NCBI GenBank assembly: GCA_051362555.1
Contig: CM120641.1
Coordinates: 14,446,001-14,510,000, forward strand
DNA length: 64,000 bases
Reading direction: 5' to 3'
Origin: Lingula anatina
Taxonomy: Eukaryota; Animalia; Brachiopoda
How positions within the stretch are numbered: the first letter of the stretch is position 1; every line of letters starts with the position of its first letter. Both the position numbers and the translations under genes were made by a program. Of the stretch, positions 25,078 to 38,788 are shown piece by piece. Under the pieces are notes generated by a model. The model had not been told where the DNA came from and made no database searches. It worked only from the letters and a program-made list of their open reading frames with translations.

Positions 25078-27786
25078 GTTGTAATATGGAGTATGCACCT
25101 CCACCAGCATCTATCACGTCTTCTTCAATGAATATTTCATGCAGTCCCAGTTTAATGATGGGTGAATGAAAGGTATGACTGGCTATAAATACTACTCATC
25201 TTAATATTCAACAGGGAGTCCTCTCTATTGACCTCATTACTAATTCAGGATAACACTGATTAATTCAGCTGATGCAATTGAAGTCTTAATCTTATGATTG
25301 CATACCGCATCCGTTGAGTACATATCCACATACACCATTTAGGAAAACAGATAATTTTCTATTCTCAAGTATCACAGACACTATGAAAATGAATTTATCT
25401 GAATAATTCTTGTGTTTTTTATATGTAGAACTTAATTAATTTATCTTTTGGCATAAGAACATTTTGCATTAATTTAAATGCATACACACTTGTACATCAC
25501 TGTAATATCTAAAAGAAAGACATTTGTACTACGATCCACTACAGCAGATCTGTATAAATCATACAAAAATCTTTAAAAATCAAATAATTGCTTAATAAAT
25601 TAATGCAAGTGTTTCAATGTTCAATCATTGAACACAAGTTTAATAATTTGTTTAACTACTTTCAAAATTCTTATCAAACCAAAATATATACAAAGACAAC
25701 ATAATATATATCTCAATTCAACAACAATAAATCTGCACTTAAAGAATGTCTCTCAAAACCTTAAGAGTTTTAATGAATTCAAAGTATTTCAAATGTATTT
25801 TGTACATTGATTTATTTACTGTACAATTTTTTTCATCTAATCAACTAATCACAGATGGTTCTTTCAGAAATGGTTTCAGAAATGGGAAACATTGGAGTAA
25901 CATGCCCACTCCTGACCTAAAATGAAATGTTCTATTAAATCAAATTTGATATAGCCATGTTGCATTTTATTATTTATAATGTATAAGTATTAATTCACAA
26001 TTTAGAAAAAGGAACTTCTTCAGCACTGATAAGCACACGTAACTTAAGTAAAAAGACAAGTTGCATTAAACTATCCAAGTCATTGCTTGTCAAAAAAAAA
26101 AAATCAGTTTCAATGGAGATTTATACTTTTTACATACTTGGTATTTAAAAACATTTTAAATAATTCAGATATGACACATGCACTTAAAAGTTTAATTACA
26201 TTTCACATTTCACATCAGTCTTTGAACATATGCCAATTCAATTGAGAAAATAAAACTTAATTCATGCAAAGTAATTGATCTATTTATGCAGGCAAATTTG
26301 GAACAGACAACCATCATTTTTCATTACTGCATTATCAAAATAAGTATATGAATTGATAAACATGCAGGCAATCTTTACTAACCAAAGCTCATGAATCACC
26401 CTGATGAATGATTTTATGATGCTGCCACCTACAGTATTGTAACTTAAAACTTCTAATTATTCTTTAAAATATCACAGGCCTCCCAACCACTTGGAGCACC
26501 AAAATATGGGAAATATTGGTATTTTTGACCCAATCAAAAAGAAAAAAAAATAGAAATTCCAAGACAAATTCAGAAATACCTCTCGTTTTTTTTTTTTTTT
26601 TAGTATGAAGGTGACCATAACTTTCAGTTGTAGCATTAAGAATGAAGTTTCATTTATTATGTAGTCTAAGATACAAATTCAAAAAAATTCCTAACAGAAT
26701 GGCATCAACTGACCTTGACTGAAAAAATTGGAAAAAAAGGAATAACAAAAACCTTGCTCAAATATGGGAATCTTTATTGAATTCCTATTAAAATAAAACA
26801 TTGGAACAAGGACCCACCAAACAACTGGAATTATAGAATCACTGGGCGGACTGACATCATGCAAGCCTCCATGCCCACTACAAGCTTTTTTCTTCAGTAT
26901 AAATATACAAGCACATGCTAGCAAAATACTGCCAAAAATGAAGCAAACAAAAAAAGCAACAAAATTCTTACCTTCAACTTTACAAATCAAAATTAAGCTG
27001 TAAAGAACAAAATATTAATGAAAAGTTCATTAACAACCTTTAACTCTCCGTTTTTGAACATATAAATCTATCATATGCTTATAATATAATAATACAGTGT
27101 GTTACTAATTGTCCTTTACTCTGAAGTGTTTGTATACGTATTATCTTTAGAAAAAAAATGTAAAACATTTGTTTTGACAGTAAAACTTTTTACATTAACA
27201 TGATAATAAACAAACAGCAGCTGTATCACATCCAATTCAAAAGAAATTGATTATAAAATCAATAAAATATTTCATAACATTTAAATCAACCCATTTAATC
27301 TGAAATAACGCGACAGCATCTAAACCACGATAGGCACCATTTTATATAGTAATCAACACAAATACAGTTGACCTAGTATAAACAATGCTAAACTAATATA
27401 ATGTCCTATATTTTGACCTTGATCTTAATCTGTATTGTACACACTCCAGATAGCTATAAATTCACTCACAAATGTCCTACTTTTTGACCCTTTTTTGTAC
27501 AGCTATCAGTGAATGTGACTAATAAACATGCCCACCACCTATAGGTCCAACAATTTTAGCAGATTATCAATCACAGACAGAGAGATCCCAAATCTAGTAC
27601 TCCTATCACAATTTTACTAAATATTGAGTGGTGAAGGGGTTATGATGACAATGCTTTTTTCACTTTAGTCAATTTCATCTAATCCAAATGGTGGTGACTT
27701 AGGGTCCTGATACGTTCTACACTTTATAATCCTAGTTCACATTGCACTAATCATGACTAATGTCCCTATATAAGCATTTACCAATG

Positions 27787-30439
27787 TTATATATATGCAG
27801 AGCCAGGTTCTACTGACAAAGTTCCAAAATCATTTATGACAGCGTTATCAAATTCAACTTTTTCACCACCACCTCCATTTTTCCTTACAATAGTAGTGTC
27901 GGTGGTTCCATATCCCTCCCGCTCCTTTACAAGGCCAACAGTGGACAATCTGTGTGGAACATGCTTTCTGGCAACCTCATCATCTTCCTCTTCTTCATCT
28001 GTCTGCTTCAAGTTGTCCTCCAGTTTCTGCAACTTCTTGCGATAGATGAAGCGAGCTACCAAACTCAGTAGGAACATCTCAAATGTGATGAGCATGTGGT
28101 CTAAAACTGAGAGATAAAAACATTTGTCTCAAAACACATAATTCTTCTTCATATATTTGTGTGAACAAGGAGGCACACTTAAAAACAGAGACTTACTGTG
28201 AAACTAACCACTTCAAAATTAGCCTGCAGTGAGATATGTAGGCATACATGTGCACAATAAACTCCAAACATTGCTGAAGCAAGGGTAAAATGTAGCAAAA
28301 TACTTTTTAAAAGTTAAAAAATATAGCATTTAACAGTCTACTTACACTGTGCTCTTGAACTGGATGGCATCAGGGAGGTGCAAGGAATGACTTTAACAGT
28401 GGCCAGCAGTGTGGTGACAGTGTTTTGAAGGTGGGCCACAACAAGAACTATCTGTAGCAATATAAACTTAGGCTGAATACTGTAATGTTTTAGTGGGAGT
28501 TTGGAGACACGGTATAGTAAGAGCAAACCATACATAGCTGTTATAGTGCTCACAACTTTAATTGCAGTCAAATATGCATAGGCAGACCTGGGATTCCCCT
28601 AAAAGAAAAAAAATATATTAATCAAAAGTCATTTAAGATTTTCAGATGTATATAGAAAAACCAAAGAATAATGTATATTATAAAAAATGATTGAGGGTCT
28701 ATTGTAATTGACTAAACATGCAAAATAAATTGGGGGGGGGGGGGGGGGGGGGGTTTGTATTTATATTGATGGGAAGAATGTGTTAGGTGTGACAAACAAT
28801 GTGTAAGTCGTGATTACTTTTTGAGGCAGTGTTATGGATGTGGCAATACATTATTTTTGAACAATTCTTTGTTGTAACATTGTAAACATACTTACAAAAT
28901 CTCTTGTATAAAGTCCATCTGCCCAAAACACAGCAGACAAGAATGCTACTATAGGGCTCACTATTATAATCTGATGAACTAGTCTTTTGATGAAAAGCAA
29001 ATTTTTTCTGAAAAGAAACATGTTTTTGAAACATCTAAATAAACACTTAAATATTAACATAATTTTCATACTTTTTTGTTATATAATTTTAAAAAACTGA
29101 TAATTTGAAGTGGATTTTAAACAGTGATTCTACTTCAACATAATTACATCAACAGGTGTTATTCTTAAATGACAATAAAAAGATAAAAAAATAGGGGTGT
29201 GCAAAAAGTATCAGTGTTACTTACATTGTAAGTTTAATGTTTGGAAGACAGAAACAACAGCAACAACATGGAGGACTTCTGAGAGCAATGGAATACTGGG
29301 ATAACTGCTGAATCATGTTTTCATTGTCACCATAGTAGTTGATCATCAGATGAAGAAAAGCATAGATACAAATGGAGAGGTAGCTGAAATTAAAATACAG
29401 AAAAGGAAATTTCTACTCATAAACAGACTGCATTGCATATGGTGTATGCTGACCTAATGTTACACAAAATTACATTCTGAATACCTCACATTTTGTTAAT
29501 GGCCCCTTATCTTTATCAAAAAGAAGAGAAATCTGATGATTCATTTTACAATATCTCATTATTTAATATGCAGAGAGTGAGAATACAGGAATAAGAAGCA
29601 AGGAAGAGGGATACTCACATAGTAGACACCAAAGTAGCCAAGGTACTGGCCCTGGGAACACATATTCCCATCATGGAAGTAAAGCTAAATACCTATAGGA
29701 ACAAAGAACACAATAATTGAATTACAATTCTTTGAAAACATAGAATACACACCGACTTTGGCAGAAAAATACCCAGTCCAAATAAGACTGCAGTATTTCA
29801 GACATTCTGGTTAGAGTAAATAGCAACATGTTTACAACAGCAACTGAATAAAGTCAACAAAACTTGGAATTTTCAATTTCTTCAGAAATGATATCAGTAT
29901 TTTAAGTCAGATTTCTAGAAATACTAGTGTGCTTATTCCTCAATTAAATATGACTCACCGGATACAGGCCCAACAGAAGTATTGTTTTCTGTCTTCTTGT
30001 CCAGTCCATTATATTGTTCCTGATATACATTATTTCAACCAAGTATAAGATCACTGTGATCATGGTCAAGAATCCACAAATACTGATCAATACAATGCCT
30101 CCAACATCTAATCCTGACATAATAAATAAAAGAAATAAAGGGATAAAAGATTTCTGTAAAAAAATAAATATACATTGTATAGTGTAAAAATATAAGACAA
30201 TTAAAGAACTTTTGGTCACAAATACATTGTACATTATAATTTTAAAATTCACACTACAAAAATAAATTTCAAAAACGCTCTTTTCTTATTAAAATATAAT
30301 TTTCCTTATTTTATGTGATTGTGATTTCTGTTGTAAATTAATCCCTTACAAATATCCCAACATAAATTTATAATTTTTATTTACCCTGGAAATACTCCCA
30401 GGAATGAGGGATATCATCAGAGCAGTTCACAGTATCCAT
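27787..30439 (-). CDS. Organic solute transporter alpha-like paralogue 3 (most canonical)
   Basis: Approximate exons 30385-30439 (MDTVNCSDDIPHSWEYFQ), 29959-30113 (LYLVEI..RRQKTILLLGLYP), 29619-29692 (VPRA), 29225-29383 (YLSICIYAFLHLMINYYG..LRSPPCCCCCFCLP), 28895-29007, 28346-28598 (AMYGL..PKFILLQ..VIPC), 27787-28106 (MLITFEMFLLSLVAR). A probable non-coding first exon lies near 31757-31900. Confidence 0.92.
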
Positions 30440-30596
30440 TTCTGCTTACACCTGAAAAAAAAATTGGGGGGGGGGGGGGGGGGTTTAAATGAAAAACGTG
30501 TACAATCATGACCTAAAGTAAGAAACATTTGTGTTACATAATTTCAAAGTTACAAATAATATGTAATTGAAGTTGCCTCATAAAACTGTAGTTTAT

Positions 30597-30823
30597 GAGA
30601 GCATTCACATCCAGAAGAGCCAAGGTCTAGCAAGGCCGAGACCTAAATATGGCGGACCTATATGAAAGGAAGACCGTGTAATCCTTTAATAGTCTCTCAA
30701 TGACATTCATTGACATTTATTGAGAGAATATTAAAGGATTATGCAGTTTTCCTTTCATGTAGGTCTGCCATATTTAGGTCTCGGCCTTGATAGACCTCAG
30801 CTCTTCTTAATGTGAATGCTCTC
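30597..30823. mobile_element. Fully palindromic ~227-bp MITE
   Basis: GAGAGCATTCACAT...AAGGCCGAGACCTAAATATGGC...GCCATATTTAGGTCTCGGCCTT...ATGTGAATGCTCTC, flanked by TAT on both sides. Confidence 0.8.
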
Positions 30824-32276
30824 TATGAGTCTGTCAATACCTGCACTTCTTTGCTAAACTGTCAGACTGAAATAATGACCTCCTCTTTTTAAACTCAAGT
30901 CTATACCTACTGCATTCTGCTCATTTGCAAAATTGACACCCACATGTTTGATATCTGCTGATAAATAAAATCATGACCTAGAAGTACTGTACCTACTTAT
31001 ACAGTATGCATACACAATTGAAACTACTGATAATATGTCAACAAATATATATCCGATATGCCCCACACTGATCGCATAACTTAAAAATAAAGCTCAAAGA
31101 TAAATAAATAATCTTAAAGTGTCACCAGTCTGGAGAAAGAAAAATGCTATGGGGCACATCATTTAATGGAGACAGCACAAGTAATTATTTGATCTACATA
31201 ATCGTATTCATGCAGTTAATTTTTCCTCTTGATATCATTTAAAATAACTTGAATGAATGTATTATTAAAAAGAACCTGCTTATCAAAAACATTTTCTTCT
31301 GAGTTTTTGAACATAAATATTTTAAAATGGACATTTAATTATCTTACAGTACATGTTGATGTGCCCTACCAAAATGTGTATATTGCCAAAATAAGTGCTG
31401 GTACTAGTACTGGTACATCTCAGATGTGTACTACCGGTAGTATTCTACTGATATACCTGGGAATCACACATTCATCAAGCAAAGCACTGCATCTAAACAG
31501 CACATTAAACAAGATAAAAATATCAATAATTTAAAATACAAAGAAAAAGGAAATGTCATAGGACAGGTTACTTTCCAGCTGGTGACTCCCTTTCTTCACG
31601 ACCCCCCCCCCTCTCCCCACTGAAAAAAATTAGCATGCACACAAACATGATCCATACCATACACCAATGATTATATGTACACCATTCAACAAAAACTGAA
31701 ATAAATTAAAACTGATTGTAATTTGTATGCATTTGAATATGTGTTATTTTTCTACCTGTTTCTGTTGGTCTGACTCAGAGCCAGCGTGCGTATCACCTCT
31801 GTGGTTCCAACCCGTAAATTTACGGTACCACTTTGGTCAGTCAAACTTGTTTCAGTCAAGTTTTAAACTTGAGCAAAGTTACCGCTGTCGACTGTACCGA
31901 AGGCAGTTTCCAAATTCAAACTTTGCAAATGATAAGGTACTGCATTATTTAACTACTTTTATACAAACAAAATCACTATGTGAGGTGAGGCCTAAAATAA
32001 AACTCTGTTGACAGGCCAGAGTTATGTACTTGACCCCTGACCTTACAACGTGCTTTGAGTAGCACGTGGTATTGTAAACACCGTATTGTGTTCGTATGGA
32101 ACGCCATCCACGCAAAAAATCAGACTTGCAATTTAATAGCCAAATGGCATTCTAACAGCCTACAAGAAATTTAACAGTGGTCAAAATAATCTAATAGCCA
32201 ACCCATAAAATTTAACAGTGATAAAAAATCTAATAGCCAAATCATAAAATTTAACAGCGTTAAAAAATCTTACAGC

Positions 32277-35200
32277 CAGCCCGGGAGCCAGCGGTCTGCC
32301 GCTAGGTGGCTTTTAACCAAACCGGAAGTTGTAGAATTTGAATTGCGTACATTTTTTTTAGATTTATAGGGTGTCAGAAACGGTGGAATATCTCGACTAC
32401 TAAGGGTATGGGAGTTTTGTTATGTATACTGTCATTTAAAAAATAAATTTCAAATGATGTGAGATGCTCCTTGAGTTGATCTAAACCCTATTTTGTGTAT
32501 AAATGCGAGATTGAAATCGAAAATTTACAAAAGTTATAACGGAAGTTCAACTTTAACTCTAAAGCTTGCATTCTTAGAGAACAGGTTCCAATTTTGAATT
32601 ACCAGTAAGTTGAGGCAAATTTATTCAGCTTTCTGTCAATGTAAGCATGTAAGGAACTTTAACGTTATCCAGGAATGGCACAAATCAATTCACACCCATG
32701 TATGCAAAAAAAATCGTACTTGCAACAACCGTAAGGCAGCCTCGTTTTGACTTAGTACATTCTTGTTGTAATCTAACCTCGTTTTGAATTCCCCACCCGC
32801 ACAATATTGTCTATATAGAGAAGAGAAGCTTGCACAAGAAGAATGGAGGAAATATGAAAATACAAACATTTCTTTTTTTTTTGTAAATAAACATTTATCT
32901 ATTACATGAGGCCACCTGCTGCCAGTTTCTTTTTATTGAAATAATAATAAAAACAAAACAAACAAGACTTTTTTATCAATTTAATTTGCTTTTTTTTTGT
33001 TACATATGAACCACTATATAACATTCAAAACACAATATCATCAACAAAAATATCAATATTGTGAAAGCCAACAGGGATTAAAGCTGATGCAAATATACAT
33101 GTATATTTGTGGCAAAAATTATTTTTTACTTTATTAATTTACCTGGGATCAGAAATTTATTTCACTGATACCAGTTAGTCCTGCACCAGTCTATATTTTC
33201 ATTTGAATTTATTTCTGTAAGTGTCATAGTGGTGATTTCACAGCCAAACTTCATTTAAAAACTTTCACATTTAATGATGTTACATGAATCTGTTAATGTA
33301 TTTTATTCATTAGAAAGAACTGTAACCAAGTTTTAAAAGAATGTTTTCAGTTTATAAAAGGATTAAATAGCTTTATTTATGGCTTCATGATAGCTGCTTG
33401 AGCTTCTGTCATAATTGCCAAGGAATGGCAAAATGATTAATCCTGGTCCCTTTCATGTTCTTCAAGCCTAGAAAAATATTAGATTAAAACATTTAAAAGA
33501 TTTAAAAACTAACATTCAAAAACACTTTTCTAACTGCATATATATTACACACACACACAACAACAACACACACTAAAATCAGTATAAATAATAAAGCACA
33601 ATCTTGATAATAGGGAAGCTGGTATCAACTGAATTATCTAAAACAGTACTCTAAAAGTGTATCAATATTGATCAATGAGCTCATCATCAAGAGCTGAGCA
33701 GTGGCAAACATGCTAATCTTCAAATCAATTAAATTCCCATTTAAATGAAGCTCTGAAGTCTACAAACTACAGTGTTCACAACTATAATACACTAATTATT
33801 GTACTGGTACACAATATTTATAAGTTAAAACAAAGGAGGAATTTTGTTAATATAATGTTCTTTTTTTCATGAAACATTTTTCCCTCACATACTTATAACC
33901 TATGTGTTTGTGTGTGTGGGAGATTTTAAACAAAAATAAACTGTTCCTTCTAACAAAAATTTGCCTATGATGGCTATCACAATTTGAAAACATATACACA
34001 ATGTTATAGCACTTGGCATTTTATGATGCACAGTATGCACGTATGTATTGCAAATGGTCAACAAATGGGGGTAAAAATGTAATAAAACTTATTTTGACTA
34101 ACAAGTTTTCCCCCATATTGATATCGTACTGTACATTTGTACCCTGCCAAAGGGGCAAACATGTTAAAAGTCAAAATTTGTTATTCATATTTTTAAAAAG
34201 ATGCTTGTGGTTGGTTTTCAATTTTGTATCTTTCACAACTATAATTTACAAGCATGTGTGGCCCCACACTCATACCATGCACACACATGCAGGGCAGATA
34301 ACACTGCTTTTCACTGACATCAACATCCAACAACTATAAATCGACTTTCCCACACCTTGGACTTGGACCACAAGGAAAACACATGGGTAAATGTCCTAGC
34401 TAAGCTTTCTCTTGGGCATGATATATTATTCACTTTATGATAAAATAAAAAAATATGTTCAAGTGATATATACCAACAAATTGATATGAAAAGCTACTCA
34501 CTACTTGGCAATGTACATGTATATTCAGCTTTGTAACACTGACATCTTAATTGTTATAATTGTTTTTTGGGCATTCTTGTACATGATAATAATAAATAAC
34601 TGATAAATATTTTTTATCAGTTTATACAAGTTTCACTCCTTTTTCATGGAAATTTCAAAATATTACTTTATTTTTGTTTTGTTTTTTTTCATCTTACTTA
34701 AATCAAAATGCAAAGAAATAGCATGAAAAGGAATATGCAGAATATCTAAAAAATGGCTTTCATATCCTCAAATTCAAAAGTGACCTATCCCCCTCTCATT
34801 ATATATCTATCTATACAGAATCAAGTATACTACATGTCATTTTGCGAGCCATTTCTATTAATAAACATCAAAGCACAAAAAAAAAAGCATAAGAAGGCAA
34901 ATACTCAATATTTTATTGTGACATTCATACAAGACATGAGGCAAGACTGCCCCCACATTCACTCTACTGTGATCGCCCCAACCACATACACTGTCATTTC
35001 ATGAAGTATTTAATCTAGTTAACTTCAAAACACAAAAAAATTGCATGAAAATGCAAAAATTCAATATTTAACTTCGACATTCATTCAAGATGTAACACAA
35101 GACTGCCCATGTAGTTACACTGAACATTGCAAAATATACTACCTGTCGGAAATGTAGAAAATCAATAAGTTACAGGTTAGGTTCCTACCTAAATTTTTTA

Positions 35201-35601
35201 CCTGTTCAAAATCAAATGTCAAACTATTTAAAAAACTGAACAGATAAAGAAAAATCACTGTTATCTGCATTTGGCACAATTCAAAAGAACGTGTTTACAA
35301 TTGGGTTCTGTGTGCCGCCATTTTGGAACACGACAGTAACTTGACAGAAGATTCAGTGAAACCGATACTTAAACACTACTTTGGTATATAAAACATAGGT
35401 TGAGAATATACTTTATCGTTCTGTCAAGTGCATTAGTAAAATTATCAACATATCAGCGTATAAACGCCTGTTCATCTTACCTGTCTCTATGCCTGCTTCT
35501 CCCGCCATATCTGGGTAGGCCGCCGCTTCAGGTTTTGAAAACGAGGCCAAATCTAAAGTTCTCCAAAATAACCGTCATATGAGCCGGTGGCTCCCGGGCT
35601 G
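32277..35601. mobile_element. Academ-like non-autonomous element inserted into the left TIR of the IS3EU-like element
   Basis: TIRs CAGCCCGGGAGCCA / TGGCTCCCGGGCTG; 3-bp TSD AGC (32274-32276, 35602-35604). Removing it restores the host TIR. The superfamily call rests on termini and TSD length only. Confidence 0.75.
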
Positions 35602-36853
35602 AGCCAACTCATAATCTTACAGCCAACTTCTCAAAACAGGCAAGTCAGCATCTAACGCTAGAGGTCACTGCTGTCACGGGTCTATCCGTGGACGGCGCGT
35701 AAAGTGATGACGTCATCTGGAGCCTGAGAGATGTTGTTCAACATCCACATAACGTGGATGGAAGGTCGAATCAGAACTAATATGAAAGAGTATTTTGCCA
35801 CCGGAATCCATGGAGTTCCTTCTCGAAAGATGCACAAGAAAACGGTGTTCAGTTTCAAACCCCCGCACTAAGTAATGCAAGGTTACATCGCGTAGGGTAA
35901 AACATGGCGGTGCCTAGGACGCATTGTCCTATCATAGGTCACAACTGGACGTAATCTGCATATGCATGAATCAAAACTGTGACCTAATTTCACCTAATGC
36001 ATAATCTGGGTCACTAGTCTCACGTTTTACTACGATGGTAATACAAGTCCAACGTTCATCGCATTACAATCACCGATGGGATGACAGTGAACGTTCTATT
36101 TAAAATGATTCTTTTAGAAACATATATTTATAAGTGATTTAATATGTAGAACAAGATAAAACAAACGCTTTGTTGAAAAGATTTTTATTATAAATTAAAA
36201 ATATGGTAAAGGGACCAAAACAATGGGGAAATAATTCTATGTATACTGAGGTGCGGTGGCCCACAAGTGCACTCCAAATTCCAAACGACACTCCCAATTC
36301 TAAACCTCACACCGAATACTTAAACTTCACTCTCAATTCTTAAACCTCACTCCGAATTCGTAAACCTCACTCCGAATTCAAAAAGCTCACTCCCAATTCC
36401 ACTATGCCAATTCTCATCAAAGTTCTCTTCGTAAAGCTCACTCCCATGCAATTCCACTATGCCTATTCTCATCAAAGTTCTCTTCGAGAAATCTTATGAA
36501 ACGGTAATTCGTCTGGGACAAATAATTTTTTTTTAGCTGGGCGCTTCCAGTGAAAGGTTCTAGAAAGTTTTAGCAAACAGTGCGAATTGTGTTACATTTT
36601 GGTTTGCGTGATACATACCTTACGAAAATAAACCAACAGTTTACGTCACAAGGTCAGTTGACTTCTCCAGCTATTTTCAGTATTTTTCACAATTACACAC
36701 ACACACATACACACACTCTCTCTCGCCAGGGACACAAATTGGGGGCAAGAAGCAATTTACAGGTTTACCATTATAGATAAAAGGACAAATTAAGTGACAC
36801 TGCTCCCAATTTTCTCAACATAGGATTGATACTACTAATAATCCATACATGTC

Positions 36854-37090
36854 AGGGGTGGATCCAGGATTATTTGAAGGGGGATCTGTTTTTTTTTTTT
36901 TTTTTTGGAATGACAGGCTGCACATGCAGAGCTGCCCCCCCCCCCCTTATAGGGCGAACAGTGCTATTTGGTATGTTTTAGAACTATTATTCAAAATTCT
37001 AATTTTAACATTGGTGTGATTTTTTTTTACAGAATTCAAAAGGGGGGTCAAGACCCCCCTCACACGCCTCCCCCCCCCCATCCACCACTG
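36854..37090 (+). mobile_element. CAGGGGTGGATCC MITE with 5-bp TSD inside the nested element
   Basis: CAGGGGTGGAT...ATCCACCACTG flanked by CATGT on both sides. Confidence 0.7.
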
Positions 37091-37747
37091 CATGTTATTC
37101 ATTCGAAATCGATTAATAAAGTGTAATTAATCTGATTAATTTCAATTATTAGATTATCTATGATCTTAGATGAATATTTCAGCTGCAAAAGAGTGAGGGG
37201 CTACTAATTACTATTATCAAGTATACTCGGTTATATAACAGGTACGTATGATAATACGGATTGTTTTGCCCATTTATAAATAATATAAGCCAATGTCGAC
37301 ACCCTGAAACATGTTATCTGTATTACACATTCATTTCAAAATAGTCATGTGAAAATGCTTGAAGTTGTCACGTTTATTTACATACATGAAGTGCATAAAT
37401 CTGTTCCTTCCAACGCTGTTTCAACTCGTAATTCTGTTCTCATATTCATAATACATGTATAATTCCTTAAAACGACACACACAAGAAAACACGTAAACAT
37501 AATATATTTTAATTGTGACTTGCTGTTAAGTACATGTATGTTTATCCCTATTTTCTTCATTTCTTCTATTTCCTTGAGCTTAAAAGGATCATACGTCTAC
37601 GTCATCATTTTGTGAATGGGAATACAGCGCACCAAGTAGTATGAAAAATAACTAGTTTTCACACGAAGTCCTCTATTGGCAAAATCCCCTAGCCCATCTT
37701 AGAATATTACTTCCGACTTTATACGGCAGTGAACGGCGTTAAAATAC

Positions 37748-38040
37748 GAATTCGGAGTGAGGTTTACGAATTCGGAGTGAGCTTTTTCAATTCGGAGTGG
37801 GGTTTACGAATTCGGCGTGAGGTTTACGAATTCGGAGTGAGCTTTTTTAATTCGGAGTGAGGTTTACGAATTCGGAGTGGGGTTTACGAATTCGGAGTGA
37901 GGTTTGCGAATTCGGAGTGAGCTTTTTCAATTCGGAGTGAGGTTTGCGAATTCGGAGTGGGGTTTACGAATTCGGCGTGGGGTTTAAGAATTGAGAGTGA
38001 AGTTTAAGTATTCGGTGTGAGGTTTAGAATTGGGAGTGTC
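37748..38040. repeat. 20-bp tandem repeat array (GAATTCGGAGTGAGGTTTAC-like), subterminal repeat of the nested element
   Basis: About 14 units with no unique spacers; the inverted counterpart is at ~36280-36400. Confidence 0.9.
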
Positions 38041-38788
38041 GTTTGGAATTTGGAGTGCACTTGTGGGCTGAGGCTTTTTTGCTCTTACATTTTCACGCTA
38101 AATTCATTCCAGATTAATATCAAAACCACATAAAATATTCAATTAGGACAAACATATGCGTACTTGGGAGTTTATCTTTATGTTACATGTTCATATACAG
38201 AAAAGAGAATATATTACAAGCACTGGGAATTACATTCATATTTAAATGACGTCATCACTTTACGCGCCGTCCACGGATAGACCCGTGACAGCAGTGACCT
38301 CTAGCGTTAGATGCTGACTTGCCTGTTTTGAGAAGTTGGCTGTAAGATTATGAGTTGGCTGTAAGATTTTTTAACGCTGTTAAATTTTATGAGTTGGCTA
38401 TTAGATTTTTTAACACTGTTAAATTTTATGAGTTGGCTATTAGATTATTTTGACCACTGTTAGATTTCTTGTAGGCTGTTAGAATGTCATTTGGCTATTA
38501 AATTGCAAGTCTGATTTTTTGCGTGGATGGCGTTCCATATGTTCGCATATGAACTTTGGCGCGCAGCAAAACTTACTCTCTTCATCTTCTGTAAACTGTG
38601 GTGATAGTTTTAGTTACATATTACCAGTGAAAAATAATAATGAACAACATAGCAATCAAACAAAATACAATTCACCTCGAAGCACAAAATGTTGAATAAT
38701 TTACAATAATATATCCAGAGTATATCTTGACCTAGTTTTTCAAGCTATTTTAGGTCATTGGTGCTTTGTAAACACATGCACTTGTATC

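Larger units (their letters stand above)
36252..38067. mobile_element. Second IS3EU-like element nested inside the first, with subterminal 20-bp tandem repeats
   Basis: Left end TGCGGTGGCCCACAAGTGCACTCC; right end ...GGAGTGCACTTGTGGG lacks the last ~8 nt; 6-bp TSD CTGAGG (36246-36251, 38068-38073). Confidence 0.75.
32095..38539. mobile_element. IS3EU-like non-autonomous DNA transposon, 294-bp TIRs, 6-bp TSD, carrying nested insertions
   Basis: Termini TATGGAACGCCATCCACGC / GCGTGGATGGCGTTCCATA; TSD TGTTCG (32089-32094, 38540-38545). The left TIR is split into 32095-32276 plus 35605-35716 and matches the right TIR 38246-38539. TAYGG termini with a 6-bp TSD are the IS3EU signature. Confidence 0.85.

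Noticed and set aside
33370-35500. Splice-like signals and a short LEEHERDQD* segment inside the Academ-like element
   Set aside because: No transposase or other continuous reading frame could be assembled by eye.
37748-38040. Regular 20-bp repeat array resembling a CRISPR array
   Set aside because: No unique spacers, eukaryotic context, and an inverted counterpart at ~36280-36400 shows it is a transposon subterminal repeat.
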